This document shows, piece by piece, positions 27,231 to 32,000 of a DNA stretch of 32,000 bases. Within the stretch, counting starts at the first letter, position 1; the number at the start of each line of letters is the position of its first letter. The DNA lies in the NCBI RefSeq assembly GCF_042660085.1, contig NZ_JBHSTI010000008.1:1239876-1271875 (forward strand). Reading direction: 5' to 3'. The notes under the pieces were generated by a model. It saw only the letters and a program-made list of their open reading frames with translations, searched no databases and had not been told where the DNA came from. Origin of the DNA: Longivirga aurantiaca (GTDB taxonomy: Bacteria > Actinomycetota > Actinomycetes > S36-B12 > CAIYMF01). Both the position numbers and the translations under genes were made by a program.

Positions 27231-27929
27231 GTGCCCTCGGGGATCGGCCGGAAGGTGAGCATGCTGTACGAGGTCGCGCACGCGATCGTGCCGCCGGTGG
27301 CCAAGGTGGTGTGGCGTCCGCACGTCGAGGGCCTCGCCAGCATCCCGGAGTCCGGGCCCGTCATCGTCGCGAGCAACCACCTGTCGTTCGCCGACAGCAT
27401 GGTGATCCCGATTGTCTCGCCGCGGAAGGTCGTGTTCCTCGCCAAGGAGTCCTACTTCACCGGCACGGGCGTCAAGGGCGCGCTGATGCGCGGCTGGTTC
27501 GAGGGCATCGGCATGATCCCCGTCGACCGCGACGACACCAAGGCGGCGCTGGCCTCGCTCGACATCGCCCTCGAGGTGCTCGGCCGGGGCGAGGCCTTCG
27601 GCATCTACCCCGAGGGCACCCGTTCGCTCGACGGCCGGCTCTACCGGGGGCGGACGGGCGTGGCGCACCTGGCGCTCACCTCGGGCGCCCCGATCGTGCC
27701 CGTCGGGCTCATCGGTACCGAGAAGCTGCAGCCGGTGGGTGCCAAGGCACCCCGGCTCGCGCGCGTCACCGTGCGGTTCGGGACCCCGATCCGGGTGGGG
27801 AAGCGGTTCGAGGGCATGCCCAGCGGCGCCGCACGGCGCGCCCTCACCGACGAGGTGATGGCCGCGATCCAGGCGCTGTCGGGGCAGCCGCGCGCCGACG
27901 GCTACAACGAGCGGCCTCCGACCGTCTGA
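27231..27929 (+). CDS. Lysophospholipid/1-acyl-glycerol-3-phosphate acyltransferase (PlsC-like)
   Basis: NHLSFAD (NHx4D), IGMIPVDRDD, FGIYPEGTRSLDG (EGTRS), IVPVGLIGTEKLQP. The start may be internal (27255 or 27261). Confidence 0.92.
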   Translation: MPSGIGRKVSMLYEVAHAIVPPVAKVVWRPHVEGLASIPESGPVIVASNHLSFADSMVIPIVSPRKVVFLAKESYFTGTGVKGALMRGWFEGIGMIPVDRDDTKAALASLDIALEVLGRGEAFGIYPEGTRSLDGRLYRGRTGVAHLALTSGAPIVPVGLIGTEKLQPVGAKAPRLARVTVRFGTPIRVGKRFEGMPSGAARRALTDEVMAAIQALSGQPRADGYNERPPTV

Positions 27930-28113
27930 CCAGAGCTGGCGGCGGAGAGTGACCACTGCGTCACTATTCGACAGCACTGCGTGACAATCCCCTGCGGCAG
28001 AGGCGATCCCGGCAGTTTCCGTCGCTGCTAGCGCACCCATCCGGGGCCGTGCGTCGCTACCGTCGTGCCGGGCGGTCCGCCCGTCCGTCCGTCGACCCTG
28101 GGTGGGGGATCTC

Positions 28114-29670
28114 ATGCGTCGTGCCGCGCTCGTCCTGGTGCCGCTGCTCGTCGTGACCGGGCTCGTGGCCGCCGCACCGGCGGCCGTGGCCCAGCACCCC
28201 GGTGCGAACGGCGTGATCACGAACATCGAGGGCTTCGTCTGGTCGGGCACGTTCGCGCCCGACGGCACCGAGCGTGCGTGCTGCGGCGTCCAGGGGGATC
28301 CCGAGTCCGCCCTGCCCTCGATCGCCCCTGAGGAGGCGATCTGGGGCCCCGACGGCCGCACCGTCGCGGTCGTCGGCGAATGGGTGAACGACCCGACCAA
28401 CGCCGGTCTCGAGATCCTCGTCTACGACGTGGTGGACGACGAGATCAGGTCGATCGGCACGGCCGACGACAGCCGGCCCGATTTCAGCCCCGACGGCTCC
28501 CAGCTCGTGATCAGCCGCGGTGGGGACCTCATGATCGTGGACGTCGCGAGCGGCGCTCCGGTGCGCCAGCTGACCTCGACACCAGGTGTCGACGAGGTGG
28601 ACCCCTCCTGGAGCCCCGACGGCGGCAGCATCGCCTTCGCCACGGCAGCGGGCGTCTCGGTTCTGCCCGCCGCTGGCGGGCCGAGCGCTCCGCTGGTGGA
28701 TGCGGCAGCCGAACCTCAGTACTCCGGCGACGGCGCCCATCTGGCGTACCTCGTGGGTACCCAGCTCTGGGTCTCGGACGCGGACGGGACGAGTGCGGTC
28801 GACACCGGGATCCGGGCCACGGAGTACACCTGGTCGCCCGACTCGACGCGATTCGCGGTCGTCATCGACAGCGCCGAGATGGGCGAGGAATGGCAGAGCG
28901 CCGAGACGTGGGTGACGTCGATCGACGGACAGCCCTTGTCTGCCAGCCCGGCCAACGGAAGCGCGAGCGCGAGCAGCTGGTCGTGGCAGCCGGTGCAGGC
29001 GCCGGAGCCCGGTGTCGTCGCGCCGACCTCGGGCGTGTCGGGCGCCGCCTCGGCGTTCTCCCGCTCGTCGACCCTCACGGTGCGCTGGACGGCGTCCGAC
29101 CTCGTGTCGCCCGTGACGAGCACCGATGTCAGGTACCGCCGCGCGAGCGCGCTCGGTGGCCCGTACACGAGCTACCGCTGGTGGATCAACCGGACCACGA
29201 CGCGCCTCGCGACGCTCGACGCCGTGCCGGGCTACCGGTACTGCTTCTCGAGCCGGGCCCGCAACGAGGCCGGGGCGGTGAGCGCGTGGTCGGAGGAGAA
29301 GTGCACGACGGTGCCCTTCGACGACCGCCAGCTCACCGCGCGCGGCGACTGGGTCCGCGTGTCGCGCGAGGGCTTCCTGCGCGGGACCGCGTCGCGCACC
29401 ACGGACCAGTGGGCCTCGCTCTCGACCGCACCGGGCTACGTGCGCGAGGTGGGCGTGATCGCCTCGACCGGCCCGAACGGCGGCCGGGTCGCGGTGCTGG
29501 TCGGGTCGCACCGGATCGGCACGATCTCGCTCTACTCCGCCACGGCGAAGGACCGCACGGTCCTCATGCTTCCGCGTCTGGCGAAGGGCAGGTACGGCTC
29601 GGTGCGTCTCGTCGTCCTCACCTCGGGCAGGACCGTGCGCATCGACGGCCTCGCCACCTCGGCCCGGTAG
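28114..29670 (+). CDS. Secreted TolB/WD40-like beta-propeller protein with fibronectin-like domain
   Basis: Signal peptide MRRAALVLVPLLVVTGLVAAAPAAVA; repeats RPDFSPDGSQLVISRGGDLMIVD and DPSWSPDGGSIAFATAAGVSVL; FN3-like VRYRRASALGGPYTSY. A GTG start at 28102 is also possible. Confidence 0.85.
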   Translation: MRRAALVLVPLLVVTGLVAAAPAAVAQHPGANGVITNIEGFVWSGTFAPDGTERACCGVQGDPESALPSIAPEEAIWGPDGRTVAVVGEWVNDPTNAGLEILVYDVVDDEIRSIGTADDSRPDFSPDGSQLVISRGGDLMIVDVASGAPVRQLTSTPGVDEVDPSWSPDGGSIAFATAAGVSVLPAAGGPSAPLVDAAAEPQYSGDGAHLAYLVGTQLWVSDADGTSAVDTGIRATEYTWSPDSTRFAVVIDSAEMGEEWQSAETWVTSIDGQPLSASPANGSASASSWSWQPVQAPEPGVVAPTSGVSGAASAFSRSSTLTVRWTASDLVSPVTSTDVRYRRASALGGPYTSYRWWINRTTTRLATLDAVPGYRYCFSSRARNEAGAVSAWSEEKCTTVPFDDRQLTARGDWVRVSREGFLRGTASRTTDQWASLSTAPGYVREVGVIASTGPNGGRVAVLVGSHRIGTISLYSATAKDRTVLMLPRLAKGRYGSVRLVVLTSGRTVRIDGLATSAR

Positions 29671-29683
29671 GGCGAGGGCGAGC

Positions 29684-31087
29684 ATGAGCATCGACCAGCA
29701 CGGCAACGTCCTCACCGACGCCGATCCTGCGGCCGTAGCGGCGTACGACGATGCGGTGGACCACCTGCTGCACTTCCGGTCAGAGGTCGGCGACTCGCTC
29801 TCGACCGCGCTCACCATCGAGCCCGGTCTGGCGATGGGCCGGGTGATGGAGGCCTACCTCGGCGTCCTCGGCACCGAGCCCGATGACGTGGCCGCGGCGA
29901 AGGAGTCGCTCACGTCGTACATCGCGACCACCGACGCCTCGGGGCTGCAGCCGCGCGAGCGCCAGCACCTCGCGGCGGCCGACGCGCTCGTGCGCGGCGA
30001 CCTCGTGAGCGGAGGAAGGCTGCTGCGCGCGCTCGTCGTCGAGCACCCGCGCGACGCGCTCGCCCTTGCGGTGGGCCACCAGGTCGACTTCTTCACGGCG
30101 GATGCGCCGGCCCTCCGCGACCGCGTGGGCGGCGCGCTCTCCGCCTGGACCGAGGACGACCCGCACCTCGGGCAGCTGCTCGGCATGCACGCGTTCGGCC
30201 TCGAGGAGTGCGGGCTCTACGGACGCTCGGAGGACGTCGGGCTCCGGGCGCTCGAGCTCGACCGGTCGGACGTGTGGGCGCTGCACGCCGTCGCGCACAC
30301 CTTCGAGATGCAGGGCCGGTTCGCCGAGGGCCGCGCCTTCCTCGACGAGCGCGCGGGCGACTGGCAGCAGGGCAACTTCCTCAACGTCCACAACTGGTGG
30401 CACTACTGCCTCTACCTGCTCGAGGCCGGCGACACCCGGCGTCCGCTGGAGATCTACGACGCCGTCCTGCACCACGCGGAGTCCGCCGGTCTCGCGATGG
30501 AGATGCTGGATGCGTCTGCGCTGCTGTGGCGGCTGCTGCTCGAGGGCGAGGACACGGGGTCGCGGTGGACGGCTCTCGCCGAGGCGTGGGACGCGAAGGT
30601 CGCGGTGCCTCTCTACTCGTTCAACGACATGCACGCCGTGATGGCGTACATCGGTGCCGGCCGCCTGCGCGACGCCGAGCGGCTGGTCGAGAGCCGGACC
30701 CAGTGGCTCGCGGGCGACGTCGACCCGGCGGTCACCAACGTGACGATGACGCGCGAGGTCGGTCTGCCCGTCGCACGGGCGCTCGTGGCCTTCGCGCGCG
30801 AGGACTACGCCACCGCGGTCGAACTGCTGGCGCCCATCAGGAGCCGCGTGCAGCTGTTCGGCGGCAGCCACGCGCAGCGGGACGCCGTGCAGCGCACGCT
30901 GCTCGAGGCGGCCATCCGTGCGGGCCGGCTCGATCTCGCGCGGACGCTGGTCTCGGAGAGGCTCGGGATCAACCCGTGCAGCCCCTACTCCTGGCTCAAG
31001 CGCGCGACCGTGGTGCAGGCGCTCGGCGACGAGGTCGGCGCCGACCTCGCGCGCGCGGAGGCCGAGGCGCTCCGCACCGCTCGCTGA
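29684..31087 (+). CDS. Tetratricopeptide-repeat-like protein
   Basis: MSIDQHGNVLTDADPAAVAAYDDAVDHLLHFRSEVGDS... with repeated helical pairs; HAVAHTFEMQGRFAEGRAFL. Confidence 0.85.
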   Translation: MSIDQHGNVLTDADPAAVAAYDDAVDHLLHFRSEVGDSLSTALTIEPGLAMGRVMEAYLGVLGTEPDDVAAAKESLTSYIATTDASGLQPRERQHLAAADALVRGDLVSGGRLLRALVVEHPRDALALAVGHQVDFFTADAPALRDRVGGALSAWTEDDPHLGQLLGMHAFGLEECGLYGRSEDVGLRALELDRSDVWALHAVAHTFEMQGRFAEGRAFLDERAGDWQQGNFLNVHNWWHYCLYLLEAGDTRRPLEIYDAVLHHAESAGLAMEMLDASALLWRLLLEGEDTGSRWTALAEAWDAKVAVPLYSFNDMHAVMAYIGAGRLRDAERLVESRTQWLAGDVDPAVTNVTMTREVGLPVARALVAFAREDYATAVELLAPIRSRVQLFGGSHAQRDAVQRTLLEAAIRAGRLDLARTLVSERLGINPCSPYSWLKRATVVQALGDEVGADLARAEAEALRTAR

Positions 31088-31269
31088 GCTGTCGGCCGGT
31101 GGAGGACCCCGTTCCGCGACCGGCCGACGCCCCGGCGTCGACCCGCTCGATGCACCTCGGCCGAGCACTCGGTGCACGTCGGAGGAACCGGATGCGCGTC
31201 GGGGGAGGCGTGGCGACACTCGACCTCCGCGGCCGTCGCCGGGCGGCCGGACAGCGCGAGGGAGCGGAC

Positions 31270-31362
31270 ATGGCTCTCGAGGACATCGTCGGTCAGGCGA
31301 AGGAGATGCTCAGCAGCAGCGAGGTGGAGCAGGGCGCCCAGGCGCTCAAGGACCGGGTCTAG
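31270..31362 (+). CDS. Very small protein (30 aa)
   Basis: MALEDIVGQAKEMLSSSEVEQGAQALKDRV preceded by gaggag. Resembles the N-terminus of small Rv0909-like proteins. Confidence 0.45.
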   Translation: MALEDIVGQAKEMLSSSEVEQGAQALKDRV

Positions 31363-31500
31363 GCACCGAACGGCTCTGCACGGGTGGGTGGCGCGGTCGA
31401 CGCGCCGCCCACCCGTGGCCGTTCCGGCAGCGTGCGCGACGAAGGGGCGTACTGTCCGGAGTCACGGAGCCGTTCAGGCTTCCCGGCTCGAGGAGCCACC

Positions 31501-31632
31501 ATGGCCGACAAGTCCCCGCGACAGCACCTGCAGAAGAAGACGGCCGGGAAGTCCCTCAAGGAGAAGCGCCTCGACAAGAAGGCCAAGGCGGGCACCTCGC
31601 ACGAGATCATCCCGTCGACCAAGAAGCACTGA
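31501..31632 (+). CDS. Small basic protein (43 aa)
   Basis: MADKSPRQHLQKKTAGKSLKEKRLDKKAKAGTSHEIIPSTKKH. Compositionally coherent, preceded by gaggag. Confidence 0.7.
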   Translation: MADKSPRQHLQKKTAGKSLKEKRLDKKAKAGTSHEIIPSTKKH

Positions 31633-31642
31633 CCGCGGGTCG

Positions 31643-32000
31643 TCAGGGGCGGGCTCGCACCTCGAGTGCGAGCAGGTCGGCCGTGCACCGGTCCGGCTGC
31701 TGAGCGTGCAGGTCGTGGTGCGCACCGACGTACCACTGCACCTCGGCGTCGGGGATGCGGTCAAGAGCCTCGGTGACGGGCGTCGACCCGAGGGGGACGG
31801 CGTCGACCGCAGCCATGAGGAGCGTCGGCACCTGCACCCGCGGGTAGAGCGGGCGCGGATCGTCCTGCCACAGCGAGTGCACGATGCTGCGGTGATGCTC
31901 GCGTGCGAGGTGCGGCCGCACGGTGCCGTCGGGCAGGTCGCCGAAGTTCGCCAGCGCTCCGAGCCGACCCTCCTCCGGCCAGTCGCTGTTCCAGCTGCGG
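31643..32000 (-). CDS. Alpha/beta hydrolase-like protein, C-terminal part, truncated by window edge
   Basis: RVQVPTLLMAAVDAVPLGSTPVTEALDRIPDAEVQWYVGAHHDLHAQQP, typical C-terminal Asp/His region. The open frame continues past 32000. Confidence 0.65.
   Translation of the reverse strand, partial: RSWNSDWPEEGRLGALANFGDLPDGTVRPHLAREHHRSIVHSLWQDDPRPLYPRVQVPTLLMAAVDAVPLGSTPVTEALDRIPDAEVQWYVGAHHDLHAQQPDRCTADLLALEVRARP

Overview
High-GC actinobacterial chromosomal window. I read the genes from domain motifs, start/stop overlaps and coherent frames. I saw no rRNA or CRISPR array. Main blocks: (1) ~8-6953, minus strand: a compact group 3b-type [NiFe]-hydrogenase operon. It encodes a 4Fe-4S protein, a stand-alone cyclic-nucleotide-binding-fold protein, a FAD/NAD(P) subunit, small and large subunits, a maturation protease and a HypC-like protein. 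These are followed by a translationally coupled EamA-type transporter and an accessory protein. (2) ~7158-17714: a membrane protein, a WS/DGAT acyltransferase, an LLM-class oxidoreductase, two divergent paralogues ending in DUF2510-like domains (one with an internal 16-aa acidic/Trp repeat), two secreted proteins, a large LuxR-type ATPase regulator, and a short zone with Kelch-like and FAD-reductase-like remnants. (3) 17736-22390: an arylsulfotransferase-like secreted protein and a membrane GGDEF-EAL protein. (4) 22524-26705: a possible catabolic module made of an XRE-cupin regulator, an atypical SDR lacking the usual Tyr/Lys catalytic pair, a bicupin protein and an ATZ/TRZ-like amidohydrolase. 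A 9-bp element (AGAAATACT) is shared between the two promoter regions. (5) 26994-32000: small proteins, a PlsC-like acyltransferase, a secreted beta-propeller-like protein, a TPR-like protein and a partial hydrolase. I found no mobile element or clear defence system. The best candidates for something under-described are the SDR/bicupin/amidohydrolase module and the accessory genes attached to the hydrogenase operon.
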